Shown here piece by piece: positions 38,996 through 52,972 of a DNA stretch of 64,000 nucleotides. The notes below the pieces were generated by a model. That model did no database searches and was not told where the DNA came from. It was given only the letters and a program-made list of their open reading frames with translations. This stretch comes from Nymphaea colorata (taxonomy: Eukaryota). The position numbers were made by a program, and so were the translations under genes. Where the stretch lies: NCBI RefSeq assembly GCF_008831285.2, contig NC_045138.2, positions 25,668,001 through 25,732,000 on the forward strand. The letters run 5' to 3'. Every line of letters starts with the position of its first letter. Positions within the stretch are counted from its first letter, which is position 1.

Positions 38996-40549
38996 AAAGA
39001 AAACTTGAACAGGAATTGCCACACCGATGGCATGGGACGTATTGGCAAAATAGCAAGATCACCTTTGACGGTGATGATAGTCAGCAGAGAAGACTTGCAG
39101 ACATATAGTATTAAGGGTGATCCCTCAAACAGGGTTGCAGCGGAAGACTTGGAGATAGAAATTGCAGAGTACTTGTGAACCCAGATTGTCCAATATGCAT
39201 GTTCATAAACACATATTTTAAGAAACTTTTACCATGTTCATCCCAATAAAGATCGTAGTTTTAAAAAAATGACGAACAAAGAAGTGGAAAGCCACGAACC
39301 CTATTACAAAAGATAGCTTAAAGTCCTGAAGAGAAGAGAAAGATCTACAATAAAAAAATAATTACAAGAAAGTATACAATTAAAATCACAAAAAATGACA
39401 AAGATAGCTTTAATTTTTACTGCCATGAAAAATTAAAGAAATGAAACCAATATCCAGAATATTTTGGACTATATATATGTTACGTGCATTGATCGCGAGA
39501 CACTTAATTAATTTCGTTGCATGTTTAGCGAGGTGTTACTTATAAAATAAAATTTTCAAAAGGTGAACGTTTTATAATTTATATTTTCAAGAAAAAATGA
39601 TGTCATACCTTGTGAAGTACTAGAATGATTTTATTTATATTTTATGTCAAAGACAAAAAGAAAATTAATGTCGAACCTTGTAAACTACCAATTGACCAAT
39701 CGGCCAATAAATCAGTTCTCATAGTCCCCATAATCAATATATACTGCAGTTAAATGTATAGTGCTCAAGAATTTTCAGTCAAACATTGATCCTGGTGGGA
39801 CCTTGACTCCTCACCGATCATGCTACATCTCATTCAAAAACCAATTTTTAAGCAAAGTATATTGAACATAACACAAGACAATGTTTGGATGTCCGAAAAG
39901 ACCAAACAGCTCCTTAACACACTTTCACCTTTAGTTCAAAGTGCGACGGTAAAATTACTGTGAAAAAAAAAACCTCATAAAGAGTGTTCAGTATCATAAA
40001 ACACTAGTTTAGTATTCTATAAGTCTATTTCAAAGATTATGATAGTTCAATGAAACACTAACAATAACGTTTCATGAATCTATCCTAAATACTAGTACAA
40101 CTTAAATATGGTTTAGTGGGGAAGGCGTGTATGCCTTCATTTTTTAAAATTTTAGAAAATATATACTTCTCTTTTGAAATATTGATTACAAATTGCCTCC
40201 ACATTCCATTAAAAAAAAAAAAAATTCATGACTACAACAGCCATCTCAAAAGCCAAGCTCTGCAACCTTTTGATTTGCCATCACAATTAGAGAATCTACA
40301 TTAATTTGAAAGACTTAATCACTCAATAGTTTAATATTTACTTTATTATGGATGTAAGTGCTCCTTCGGGTTTCCAGTATGAAAACATGTGAATCAGTGT
40401 CTTTTTCTATAAAAAAAATTCTAGCTCAGCCACTGGTGTGGCTGCTCTCAAGGTTCATGCTTGTTTCCTTCAGAACTGAACGCAAACCTAATTGGCGTTC
40501 ATCATCTCCACCTCTAACCGTCCGCGGTCTGCCTACGCATTGGGGCAAG

Positions 40550-41080
40550 TGACAGCAAGTTTTCCGTGTAGTTCATCCGTTCGTCTTTCATAGGCAGCAG
40601 GCAAATGAGCTGCTCACATCAATCCCCTTCTTTTTTCTTCTCATAGGAGAGGGAGAGAGATCAGGTAATGGTATCTATTTCACGGGTAGCTGCAACCAAA
40701 ACATGCAACCGTCTCTGTAAAGCTGGCAACTCATTTCTTGACTAAGCATCGATCCATGGATTCTTGAGAATGGCGGCGTTTATAACAGTTAGCCCCACCA
40801 TGCCTACTCGGAATCATAAGAGATCCGACATCGTCTCTCTCTGGTTTTGTTTTGATGTTGACCACCCATCAAGCCACAGTCTTCATTCCACCATCATCTT
40901 TGGTTTCCTCGTGACCACAATAATCAGATGCTTCCCCCTTCCCCAACACATTCATCCCCCTCACCCACTTTTTCCTCTTTGCATCTCCCTCCTTCTCCTT
41001 TCTCTCTCTGGCGCTAGTAAGCTTTAAATTTTGGAAGTGGACAACAATCTACCAAGTCCCATTCCCTATTTACTTCTCTG
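40550..41080. repeat. Non-coding repeat unit, copy 2 of 3
   Basis: Same conserved blocks as copies 1 and 3, same orientation. Confidence 0.85.
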
Positions 41081-41799
41081 CAACACTTACTACTAAATCA
41101 AATCGAAAGAAGATGCGACGATTTCTTCCAGAAATCCCAGACTATTCACACTGTTCCTTCTTTTCTATCGAATTTGTCATAACCACTACCTACACTCCAC
41201 TCCACTCCACGAAATTTTGCAATATGCAATTAATTGACTGCAACCCAATGCTTTTGTACCGTGTCCATCAAATACTTCCATGTTCTTTAAAGGTTCTGTT
41301 TGACAGTCAGAATAATAAGACACACACAGTTTCATATCTGTCTCAAAAACTGAGAGACATTCATATGGCATTGCAACATAATATTCCATGAGTCTCTCTA
41401 AATTTTCAAGCGGATACAAGAAACAGCGTATTAATAAGCCCTAAAGAACTATAGCGACATGGAACTCAGTTGCTATGTAAGATGCGGTTTCTCTATGCCT
41501 CACATGTGTGTCTTAAGTAACTCTTCCTCTGTTTTATGTATGTAATAAGAAGGAAAGGTGCCATTTGTTGCCTGGTCTCCTCTCCATTTCATGTTCCTAC
41601 ATCAACCGCAGATTGCTTGCATTGCACCAGCTTTACTAATTCCTGTGGGATGTGTCCGATCGCCTTATATATTTAGAGGTTTGAATTATTGATTTTTAAA
41701 AAGAAACTTAGGCCTTATGTTATTGAGCCGAAAAAAGCTTGTTTCTGTTGCTTACCATCGGCTGGGCTCCGAAAGTACTCAAATATTTCTGAATGATAA

Positions 41800-42062
41800 G
41801 CGCCCTGGAGAAATAAAGTAAAAATAAAAAAAAAAAATTCCTGATATTTTTCAGATGGGCGAGTACATGTGTCCGTACAATGGGACCTATGGGATCGGAT
41901 CGGGTTCTTGGGAGTGGACCTCGCTAAGCATAATCCATTTATCCGCTTTACTTTTTTTTAGGTTTTTCATTGCGCCTCTAACTTAGGATATATTCCTATA
42001 AGGGAGCCTCCACTTTTCAACTCAGTTTTTGTATATCCACTCGTGCGGTGGTGGCTTTATTT
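41800..42062. repeat. Duplicated block (paralog at ~45368-45655)
   Basis: Shared TCCTGATATTTTTC, GTGTCCGTACAA.GGGACC, GATATATTCCTATAA and GGTGGTGGCTTTATTT. Confidence 0.75.
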
Positions 42063-43834
42063 TATGAACTACATCAAGATAGTCCCATAAAAGTTGAAAT
42101 GCATTCAGCCAGATCCTTGAATATTTTATTTGGCTCAGTCAAATCGAACTACATCAAATTAGGATCACCTTTTAATTGAGAAACATAAATGGTTGAATTT
42201 TGTGAAAACCCCAAAATATATGAAAAAAATAACTCAAAAAGTATTAGAAAATAAATGCAACAAACAATAATTTATAGTATTTTATCAAGTAGAAAACAAA
42301 TTGTAATCATTAAACAATAACAAAAACATACAATATGAAAAATAATTAATCAATAAATGAAATTTTTAAAAAATTACATTAGCCCTGTGGGCCCTCCTTG
42401 GCTTTGCCCATACACTTGCAAGGTCTTGGATTTGTCTTTCAACGATCAAATTTGTAGAAAAAATATATGTGAGCTCGAAAGATATTGGAAAACAACGGTT
42501 CAGGCAATATTATATGCATAAGTAAAAAAAACTCAGGTTTGGATGTAGTACAAACAAAAATGGCAATCTTAAGCTTCAATATTGTTGTGGACATTTTTGC
42601 TCTATGTATGACAAGAATGACAATTTTAGGTTTCGATAACATGGGAAGCCACTTATCACTTACCACTACCGATTGTTCATTCCAAACTTCAAGTATTAGT
42701 ATCTAAGTTTTTCTAACTTATGCTTATGCTTTAATGACATAATAGAGTTGTCAAAAAGACCCCTCACATCGAACATTGTTTGAAAACTAAGATGTCATAC
42801 AATTATGCAACCGGTGATATACTCCTAGCACTAGTGTAGCAAATCATTCAAATTTGGAAGCTAAGTAAAAAAAGCTTGTGCCACAATGTATTCTTCTTAA
42901 AGGGCGGCTCCACAATCAATCTGACATGACACATTCCGATAGTGTATTTGGTGGCCTCGATCATCACACTTTATGGTACACTAAAAGGACCAGCATTGCT
43001 ATATCCAGGGAAGGCGTGTAATGCTTAAGAGACAACAACATTTAGGGTGTCCCAACAGTGACTGTTTTGATCCACTATTTAAACAATGTTCACCACATAT
43101 TTCATCTTATCTTATTTTACCAAATATATACTTCTGTTTTGAAATATTGATTGAGAATTCCAATTATGTGCCTTCACATTTCATTTAGAAAAAATCACGT
43201 ATACAATTGCGCTCTCGAACGCCGGCTACCTAACCTTTTGATTTGTCATCATAATTGGAGAAACTGCATACTAATTAACTTGAGAAACTTAATAATCACT
43301 TACTTAAACTATTGAAATTTAATGACTAGTGCCCCACCATGCCTGTTTTGATTAGAAAACAAATGTTGGCGTTCATAAGCTCCACTTGCAACAGCCAGCC
43401 TACCTGTTTTAAAGGGGGCTGGTGAAATGGATAGAGACTGATAGGAGACTAGTTTTTATCCCAAACAACTTCCTGTGCTGAAAAAAAAGAAAAAAAGATT
43501 GCTTATATGCAATTTAAAGAGGGAAGAAATAACTTAGATGAAAACTTAGACGAAATGGTGCTCATAATGACAACCATTCATCGAGATATATAAACACGCA
43601 GATGAAATTTCAGAATATGATGCAAATGTGCACCATTGATGCTCATTACGGCGACGGTTTTGATTTTTTATGTCTAAGAATCGACTATAATTTAAGCCTT
43701 ACTCTTGGAATCTGGAGGCGACTTTCTCAACTCTTGAGTTCTCAACCTTGGTAATCGTTACCTGTAACTCTAGTTCAACCGAACGGCAGCCGTGATTATT
43801 AAAAGTTAAAACTCCACCGACGCCGTCCGGGCTA

Positions 43835-44400
43835 GTGACCGCTAGCTTTCGGTGCAGTTCATCCGTTCGTCACTCATGGCCAGCAGGGGAATGAGATGAG
43901 CTGCACACGTCAATCCCCATCTTTTTCTTCTCTTAGGAGAGGGAAAGGAAGGTAATGGCGTCTATTTCATGGGTGGCTGCAACCAAAACATGCAACTATC
44001 TCTGTAAAGCTAGCCACTCGTTTTTCTTGACTAAGGATCGATCCATGGATTCTTGAGAATGGCGTTTGTAACAGTTAGCCCCACCATGCCTACTCGGAAT
44101 CAGAAGAGATCCGACGTCGCCTCTCTCTGGTTTTGTTTTGATGTTGACCACCCATCAAGCCACAGGCTTCATTCCACCATCTTCTTTGGTTTCCTCGTGA
44201 CCACGATAATCAGATGCTTCCCCCTTCCCCAACACATTCATCCCCCTCACCGACTTGCATCTCCCTCCCTGTCCTTTCTCTCTTTGGCGCTTGTAAGCTT
44301 TAAATTTTGGATGTGGACAACAATCTGCTCAGTCGCCTTCCCCATCCACCTCTCTCCAACTCTTGTTAATTTTTTCCCGACTTCAATTCTCTTTCCTTTT
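43835..44400. repeat. Non-coding repeat unit, copy 3 of 3
   Basis: Same blocks; upstream 43500-43780 also matches 35350-35820 and 43120-43300 matches 40160-40330. Confidence 0.85.
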
Positions 44401-47400
44401 CTCCCAAGGAAGGGAGTCGCCACCCAACGCATCTGTCAATGATCTTATAACATGGGTTTGCCTAACTGCACGAGCTATCACTGAGCATTCTGCCTGAGTA
44501 GTAGTGAACCACTCATCAGACGCCTTGCATGAATTATTCAGGCCCAGTTTTCAGTGGATTGTGTCAAATTATCAACAATGAAAGTCTGAATCTTTTGAAA
44601 TCTAAGATAATTGAAAGCCTCTTGAAAGAAATACTGATGTGGTAGCATCTACGACCTTTCTTCTCATTTCTTATAAATCTAACAGGCCTGACAATAAGTC
44701 GGAGTGTCTATTAAAGTACATGCATGCATTGCGGGCAGAAAATCTCTTTAACACTATAATAAACACTAAACCTCTGATCTGTAAGCGGGTGGAAACGGTA
44801 GAAAGGGATAGACTTTTCCTCTTTTTTCCAATTGTTTTCAATTTTGAAGGAATTGAATGTATATTAGAGATCTTTTTGCAACCAAACAAATTTTTTACTT
44901 TTTTTTTTTTCCTTTTTTGTCTTTTTAATTAATCAATCAAATCAAAGAAAGATTGATTGTTATTTCCTTCGCTTTTTCCTCCATCCAAACAAGTTAATGT
45001 TTACTTCAACCAGGCAAAGAATGAATCCTATTTGACTGGTACAATTGCGTATGAACTAATGAAATCTTAAGACCAACTCTGACGTGGAAGACAATTGATT
45101 ATTGGTCCATGTCTAGCTTAAAAGAGTAAAAGCTTGTTTATTTTGTTGTCTATTGGCTGGGCAACGCAGGTGTGGGGCATGGGTTTGTCGTAGTGGGTCC
45201 AGTAGAACTCTGTCCGGATCCTCCACTCGTAAGTGGGACCCGAATCCAAAAATCCTTGCGATGTCAGTGGAGGGGGAAAACACATACATGTTCCAAAATT
45301 TATGCCAAAATAAGGTTATCCATTACAAGATAAAAATACCAAAATATTTCTGAAAAATAAAATGACCACCTCGAGAAATAAGATAAAAAAAAAAAACTCA
45401 AGAATCCTGATATTTTTCCGGTGGGCCGTGTCCGTACAACGGGACCCATGCGGATCGGATGGAGTTCGGATACCGTTGAGCACCACACGGGACCCACGCA
45501 CCGCATCATTTTCATCCCCTCTTGCTTGGCACAATCCATTTTTCTAATATCTACTTTACTTTTTAGAATTTTCATTTGACCCTCCTATTTCAGATATATT
45601 CCTATAAATAAGCCTCGGTTTTCGAACATCCGTTCGCGTGGTGGTGGCTTTATTTTATTAATTGTTGTATGTGAAAGAAAAAAGGGTGATTTATTAGAAG
45701 GTAAACATATACTAAATAAATGTGTTAAGCCAGTTCGGTTTTGAGACTACTTTGGGCTTATAATATATTTTAAGAGCTTTGTGTGAAAAAAAAGTTGCGC
45801 AGATGCAATTCGCATATATAAAAGCATAAAAATTGGCTAAAAAAAAAAAAAAAAAGTTCCCTCGGACGTAACCAAGCCAATCTCATCATCGATCTTAGAA
45901 TCTTATAAGATATTATTTACAAATTAAAAAGTCACCACACTTTTTATATACCCAATCTAAGGTGCCAATACGCCGAATGTTTAAAAGAATGAGCTGGAGA
46001 CAAAGATCACTAATTTACAATAAAAATTTTCAGAAAAATGTAGGCCTGCGAACACAACATTATTATAATTAACATACTTAGTTCTCTTGCTTTCCTTTAA
46101 TGTTTTTTCTTTGGTGTAGGCAGTTTGCATTTATTATATGATCATGCGGTCTAAATCCGTTTATCTAAAGGAAAACGGATCGTGCCTGGTAGTGCTTCAC
46201 AGTTCATGGTCACAGTTCTCTGTTGTCTCTAAAAGGTCCAAATCCAAAAAACTTAGCTACGCCAAGACATAAATGAGGAAGAGGAAACCTCTTTTTCAAA
46301 ACCGGCGTCGCCTTTAATTGCTTTTTCCTTTTAGGTGCCTTAGAATTTATCCCCAAAAAGGAAAAAGTGGGGGGCAGGTCTGCACGTCTTTCCAATAGGC
46401 GAAAGCGGCCCCTAGTTTTGCGTTCTTCGACGGAAAACCCACCCGCCGGTTTCATTCCTGGGGGCTCCGCTCCCTCCTCTCCTCTCCGTATATTATAATT
46501 TTATAATTCTCCGGTGGGAGAAAAATCGCGCCCCACGTGGACCACGACTCCCATCACCTCACTCCCCCTCTGACTCAAGTTCGTTTCCCCTTATCCACAA
46601 TGTACAGTTTAAAAGAAAAAAAATTTCATTTATTAAAATCCCATCTTACGTTTCACCAACTACGTAACACATTTTCAAAGTTTAGCTCGCCGGACGTTTT
46701 ATAGAACAAACGAGTCTTGTTCGCCGGAAAAGTGGTCGTCCGTCCGGCGATGATGCTTTTGCTCCTTTACTCTCTGACGGTGACGGTGGTTTTCCACCGG
46801 GGAGTTGAGTACGGTGTGCCTGTTGCTTGGGTTGAACGTGAAGGTATGGGTGCGTGTAGTACGGCGTCTTCACGTTGATGCTTATCCTCTCAAGGGCAAA
46901 AAGGGGAAAAGAGGTGGAAGAAATATCTGTCGAATCGTTCGTTCTCGGTGGGTAGGTGATCAATGCGGGCGACGATGTTTATGTGGAACGCGTGATCCGC
47001 TCAACTCGTCCTTATCGGTTGTGTTGTTTGAAGGCCGTTCCCGGAGTTGCTCATCTCGCTTTATTTAAATAAACTGCTGGCTTTGAATCTCAAACTTATT
47101 AATCTCTGCAAATAAATTCCAGCACATTTCGGGCACTGTTTAAAACTGTTGATCTTCTTCTGAGGAAAGATTAATGCCGAGTTGTGTAGAGCTATCGCTT
47201 TCGTTGTGGCTTTCGAGTTTCTGTGGATCGAACCAATTAAAAATTGACCGATTTTGCTTCGTTTTTCTGCAAATGCGACGCAGGGAAGTTTGAGATTTCG
47301 ATTGTATGGAGGAAGAAGATGAGTGTGATCTTTTATTAATGCAATTTGAGATTAAATACAAGTTGGAGGAGAGAGGACCTTGTCCCCCCGCTCCCTCTGC

Positions 47401-48104
47401 TCCCAACAACGAAGTAAGTAGCCGTGATTCCGTGACATCCTGCCGTCCATGCGAAAACTGAGATCATCGAGACTCGAAGGACGTCCGTCGCACACGTGCC
47501 GGAGCCTGGCGTTGGGAAGAAATCGCGACCAACTTCATGAAAACGAGGATAGATCGCGATCTTGGTCAAGCGCCACGCGCGACGCAAGCGCCTGAGCTCA
47601 AGGGTAGTTGTTGTTTGGGACCGGCGGGGATGAGAACGGGAACCGATATCGTGAACTGACTTTGAATTTTGGGGCTTTGGGGGGAAGAAGCGAAATGGGT
47701 GGTAACGGAATGGGGAGTGCTCCGCCGGCGATATCGCCCCCACATCTTCCTCTCCGATCGCTCGCTCGCTCGCTCTCTCCCTTCTTTTTCCAATTTCAAA
47801 AGAATCAACTCGTACCGGTAAAAAATAGAACTCATCCAACGTCTAGAATCACGAAAAGAATCCCGCTTTCTCGATTAACTTTCCAATCGAAAACCGGAAT
47901 AAGAGGTAACGCAAAAAGATTACACAGACCGGAGACCGGCTTCTCCTTTTTTCAGATTTACATCAATGACCAAAAAAACGAAAAAGAACGATGAAGCTTG
48001 ACGGAAAAAATTGACCGGAAATGGACTGAACTGTGAGAGGAAACAATGAACATGTGGTGTATGTACGGTGTACTCTCTCTCTCTCTCTTTCTCTCTGTGT
48101 CTCT

Positions 48105-49262
48105 CTACATGACTAGTTCGTTCACCCACGCGATATCTGGATCGGACATGGCAATGCCCGAATTTTGGTCGTCCATGCTGCGGATGGTGTTGCGATTGGT
48201 CATCCTCATTTCCCTCTGCATATCTTCTTCCTCCTCCTGGAGTTTCCACAGAGCAGTGGGCGAGCTGCATGAGTAGGGAGCTCGGCTTCGATCGCCGACA
48301 GAAGCCAACTGCGACCAAGCGAAAGATATCGGAATGGCATTGAGCATCGTCGTCGAGTTGGTGTTGCTCAAGCGATTGATCGGATTGAGATCCATGTTCT
48401 CGAAAGAGTTCGAGAGGTCGCACATCATGCTTTGATATGACGGGAAAAATGGTGAAACAGGGGAGACCGGCGGCGACACAGGCGGCGAAGCTGGAGGCGA
48501 GAAGTGGGAGACTCCGATCATCAATGGCGAATCCGGGGAGGATCCTCCACCTTGAGGAACCAACTGATGGAGATTGGAGTGCGCCGTCTTCGATGCAGAG
48601 GCAGCAGCGGAGGCGGAGCAGAGAACGCAGCAGTGAGGGGAACGAGAAGGACTCTGGGCATTGTTCGGCTGAGTCAGAACCCGGAGCTGCTGAGGCGTGT
48701 GGGCGAAGAAGCACACCTTGCGCCGGCAGCTCCGGCCGTCCTTGCAAGGCTGCGTCCGATACCTCTCCGGATGCAGCCAGCACTCGAAGACGCCGTGGGC
48801 GAACTCGCAGGCATCCCCTTTCCTGCACGCACCCTTCCGAAAGTCAGCACAGACGGTGCCGGAATAGTTGAACCGCCGGGGATCGCGACGCCGGGCCTTT
48901 TCCCCCGGATGGGCAAAAGGGCAGTCGGTCCAATCGTGGCTCCGGGCTCGGGTACATCGCCGGACCTTGAACTCATACATCCTGAAATCATCACAGGCGT
49001 AGTCGTCAGGCACGGACTCATCGTCCTCACAGTTGGAAGGCAGGAACCTCCTCAAGGCATACGCCTCCGGAGGCGACAGCGAACAATCGCTGTGGATAGA
49101 GTCCGCTCGCTGAAGGAGAAGCCGCCGCAGAGAGTCGGCGGTCGCGGCGCCACCATCCCTCGGACTCAAATCCAACGCGTCGGCAAAACCAGCAAGAGAC
49201 GGCCGTGCTTTCTTCCCCGAAAGGAATTGCAGCTGGTCCAGGGAACAAGAAACGCTAGGCAT
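48105..49262 (-). CDS. Arginine-rich tandem CCCH zinc finger protein (RR-TZF family), 385 aa, intronless
   Basis: [34 protein letters not shown], then C-x7-C-x5-C-x3-H and C-x5-C-x4-C-x3-H fingers; C-terminal [11 protein letters not shown]; no ankyrin repeats; first ATG at 49262. Confidence 0.96.
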   Translation of the reverse strand: MPSVSCSLDQLQFLSGKKARPSLAGFADALDLSPRDGGAATADSLRRLLLQRADSIHSDCSLSPPEAYALRRFLPSNCEDDESVPDDYACDDFRMYEFKVRRCTRARSHDWTDCPFAHPGEKARRRDPRRFNYSGTVCADFRKGACRKGDACEFAHGVFECWLHPERYRTQPCKDGRSCRRKVCFFAHTPQQLRVLTQPNNAQSPSRSPHCCVLCSASAAASASKTAHSNLHQLVPQGGGSSPDSPLMIGVSHFSPPASPPVSPPVSPVSPFFPSYQSMMCDLSNSFENMDLNPINRLSNTNSTTMLNAIPISFAWSQLASVGDRSRAPYSCSSPTALWKLQEEEEDMQREMRMTNRNTIRSMDDQNSGIAMSDPDIAWVNELVM

Positions 49263-49544
49263 GTCGATCAAACTCCAACCAAAAACAACCCCAAACAAAT
49301 CTTCACACAGACAAAACTAGCCTACAAATCGAACAAGGAAATGAGGAGATTATAAGGGGAAAGCGACATTGCCGCAGAGAGGGCTCGAAGAATCCTTCTC
49401 CATTGAAAGGAAGACGAAGAGGAGGAAGAAGAAGAGTACGAGAGTCAAGTAAGGGGAGAGGAGCAAATAAATAGCGGGGAAAGGAGGGAGGGACGGTTAA
49501 ACAAGAGAGAGTGAAGAGTGAGAGTGAGGTGAGGGTGAGGGAGG

Positions 49545-49822
49545 ACGTGTGTGGGTCGAGTAAGAGACGCCAAATGGAGGAATGGGCGTACGTGGAGAGG
49601 GCAGCATGCAGCCTAAGGCCTACGCGTCGAATGGCGAGGGCGGTGAGCCAGGTCATAGGTGCAGGCAGCGCGACACCTACCCATCTGGGTCCTTACGGGT
49701 TCGCCCGGCCGCCGGCTCAATCTTTCCGGCCGGCCGGATTTGCTGGGTCTTGGCCGAGTCGACCATTTCCTCCGGCGCGCCCCGAACTTAGAAACCTAGT
49801 AGTGGGAGTGCCGGTGACGTGG
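49545..49822 (-). promoter_or_regulatory. ABRE/RY-like motif cluster upstream of TZF gene
   Basis: ACGTGT 49545, TACGTGG 49589, CATGCA 49605, ACGCGTC 49622, GACGTGG 49816. Confidence 0.5.
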
Positions 49823-52800
49823 ATAGACCCAAACTGGGCTAAAACGGCGAGACACTTTATGAGTCGGCCTACCTGCCCCGGCCAAATACGTCGAAGAGCA
49901 GGCCGGCCCGGACTGACTGTAGCTCTCCTAATATGGTGGGGTTTACCAACTCAATTACTGTGGAGCCAAGCTCGTTCTTCGTCTCTTGCACCGAAGTGGG
50001 TCAGTCGGTGGAGAAGGCACCAATCTAAATCAGGGTGCGCAGTAATGACGGCAAAATGGAAGAAGAAGGGCCAACCTAATTACTGATACAATAGAATATA
50101 TGTTCTATAAATAACGGCGACATAATAAATGTATAATCAACTGGTAATAAAGTCATGGAAACCACTGATTCTTACAAAACTGAAAGAAGAGAAAATGGTT
50201 CATCAATGGAACGCCCACGATAATGTTTAAACCTGTCTGTCAACAGTTGTCTTCTTCCTTTTTTTTCTGCCTATGAGCATTGCTTCGACACAGGGGCAAA
50301 CCTGCTTCCCCTCCGTCCCTTTCTCTTTTCATCACAAAGAGTGGTTGGTGCCTAAGAAGAGCCGATCCGCTTCTCGGAGTGATCTCTTCTAGAAAAGCAA
50401 AAGAAGAAAGAAGACTCTTACACAAAGTTCATTGCTTGGAAGAATATAATCCGGAATTGAGAAGCTTTACTTGTTAACGGTGGCGTAATTTGGCAATAAC
50501 ATTTTTCGTTTCACGGCGGTCCAGCGGCGCTCGGCTTTCCTTTTTCTTCTTCTTTGATCGTTGAATCGAATTCAAATGTTGTAATTATCGTTTTCTTTCT
50601 TTGAGGGCGACGTGAAAGAGAAGCCAAAATTTCTCCCATCAAGAGATCGGACGTCTTGAAGGTGTGTCCGTTCTTTAGAGCTGGCCAAGGATTTTACGGC
50701 ATATGCGAACAAAAAAACGGGGATCAAATCAGGGACCACCGCCGGTGCAAAGCATGGTGAAGCCGGAAGTATCTTGAATTTTGGGTGCTGGGGTCATACA
50801 TGTTTGAGTCCAAGAGTTTTTCATCTAATACAGAAGCAGACGAAAAGCTGAACGACTTTTTTTTTCTTCAAAATTTAGTAAAGCAACTTCTACGGCCTTT
50901 CCATGTTCTCCGTTGAAGTTATGGACTAGCGTTTGTTTGTTCACTTATTTTTATGAATTTTGTACATCAAATCTTTCAATCCATGAAACATTTTATCCCA
51001 TCAAATGCTGCATGATTGATTGTCTCAAGGTGCATAGCCCAAATGGTCTGTTAGGAACCCGAGAGAGACATAAATTTTTTACTAAAGGGGTCAAATTAAA
51101 GTTTTTAAATTTTTGACTAAATCCGAAAGTTTATTTTTATATAAAACAAATTAAATTTTTTAAAATTTAAATATAAATTAAAAAAAAAACTTTTGGGGTT
51201 GGGCCAAGACAAGCATGCAGTTATTAGCACCCATGCAAGTCTGAATCCTAGGGCAAAGGCAAAGGATAGTTATAGATAGTTAGACACCCGAGTCCCATAT
51301 ATTTATGTTAATAAAGCCACATTAGATCTTATATCCAACCGAAATCAAAATCATATATGAAAAAATTTTGATATTCGATTAAGAAATTTGATCGGATTCA
51401 GATTTAAAAAATAACAATCAATTAGATTGGGCTTCATGTTTAAGTAAATATTTGATCATTTGCATCCTCCTCGGATATAATCTAAAAAAAAAAACATATT
51501 ATATCTAAAGTCTATACATTGTCAAAGTTGTATGTTAACATGTCGTTACCGGTTCTCACCTGCCCTTTTGATGTTACCGAGACATGGTTTAATGAAAAAT
51601 CTAGGGTTGGAAAACTGGTAGAGCCAAGAGAAAATAAAGAACGTAATTGGGATTCAACTTAAGAGTTGGATTTAGATTGAGATGTTAATCTAAAAATGAA
51701 ATTCAAATATAGTATTAGATCCGTCAAACACGAATATATGAGCATCTAAAAAATGAATTTTATATATATATATATATATATATAATCCGTTAATTTCTCA
51801 TTCAATCCGTTAATTTCTCATTTGGACAGCACTGAATAGCCATGCTGAATGGATATGGACCTACTCTCGTTAGGATACCAACAACTTATGTCCCATCGAT
51901 TGACTGTCGTTAATAGTTGTGCAAATCATCACTTTGTGGCTATGTGATTTCGATTCCTGGAGCCAGTTGTAATGTGAAAGGAAAGGTCTGGCGAAGGACA
52001 AATATGATTGGAATTAATTCTCTTTCAGGGGAAGACGCTGGCTTCATGGAGCCCTTGTTATGAACAAAATGCAACAAAACATGTACTTGAAATTGGCCTC
52101 AGGACTGATAATATAGCAAGTGATTGATCATGTTTAAGGGTTTGCCTAGTGCATTCAAAAATTGCATTGTTCATATGCCTGATAAAATGACTATCATTAA
52201 TGTTTAGATTGGCTTGGAAACACAGCTAAACAAATCGTGCTACGGATTCGATAAAAATGAATGTCTATATTTTTTACATCTGTGATTGCACCGGATCATG
52301 TCCAGCTCTGAATCACATAACATAACTGGTCGGGTTGGTGGCATAAACATGACGTGTGATTGATTTGATTTCTATGCACTGCTAATTTGAACTCGGCTCT
52401 ATTACAGCCCTACTTGAGAGGGCTGCCAATGAATGGGGCTCCATTTTACATCAAAGTGGGCCACTCCAGTGCTTATTCAAATTCAAGTTATCTCAAGGCA
52501 TATGAGACCATACCTACATTATTCTATGGCAGAAAATCCACTTGCCAGTTTCACATTTTAATGAAAGTGGAAGACACTCAATTATACGTCTGAAAGACTG
52601 CACATTATATATATATATATATATCCGATGATGACGCAATTAGCATGATTTGGGTCACGTGCCATGGGCAGGAATAGGTGGGACATGCTAAAGTTTGCAC
52701 CCTAAAAATGGTTTGGGAAAGAGAGGAGGAATGCGAGGGAGTATCGGATCCTCACATGACATAGTGGGGCCGATCATATCCGAAAACCCAAGTTGAACGG

Positions 52801-52825
52801 ATGGAACTCCTAAGATCTTGTGTCT

Positions 52826-52972
52826 CGGGGTCAAGCCAGAAATTTTTCATGAAGGGGGCTGAAGTAAAGTTTTTAAATTTTGACACGGGCTGAAATATCA
52901 TTTTTCAAAATTTTTATATAAGACAAGTAAAATTTTCTAAATCATGCGGGCCCTCCCTTGGCTCCGCCCCTG
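52826..52972. mobile_element. Small hAT-like MITE remnant
   Basis: Right end TGGCTCCGCCCCTG, degenerate left end CGGGGTCAAGCCA, AT-rich core similar to ~51075-51200; no clean TSD. Confidence 0.45.

Noticed and set aside
44184..44196. TTTGGTTTCCTC resembling the start of miR2275
   Set aside because: Only 12 nt match and no hairpin partner.
40764..44442. Paralogous ORFs 40764-41027 and 44053-44442 (MPTRN...) as a protein family
   Set aside because: Copy 1 is out of frame, the C-termini differ by frameshift, and there is no recognisable domain; not called as CDS.
47920..49355. Long alternative-frame and antisense ORFs (302 aa, 283 aa) over the TZF gene
   Set aside because: Expected shadow ORFs of a GC-rich exon; no domain signal.
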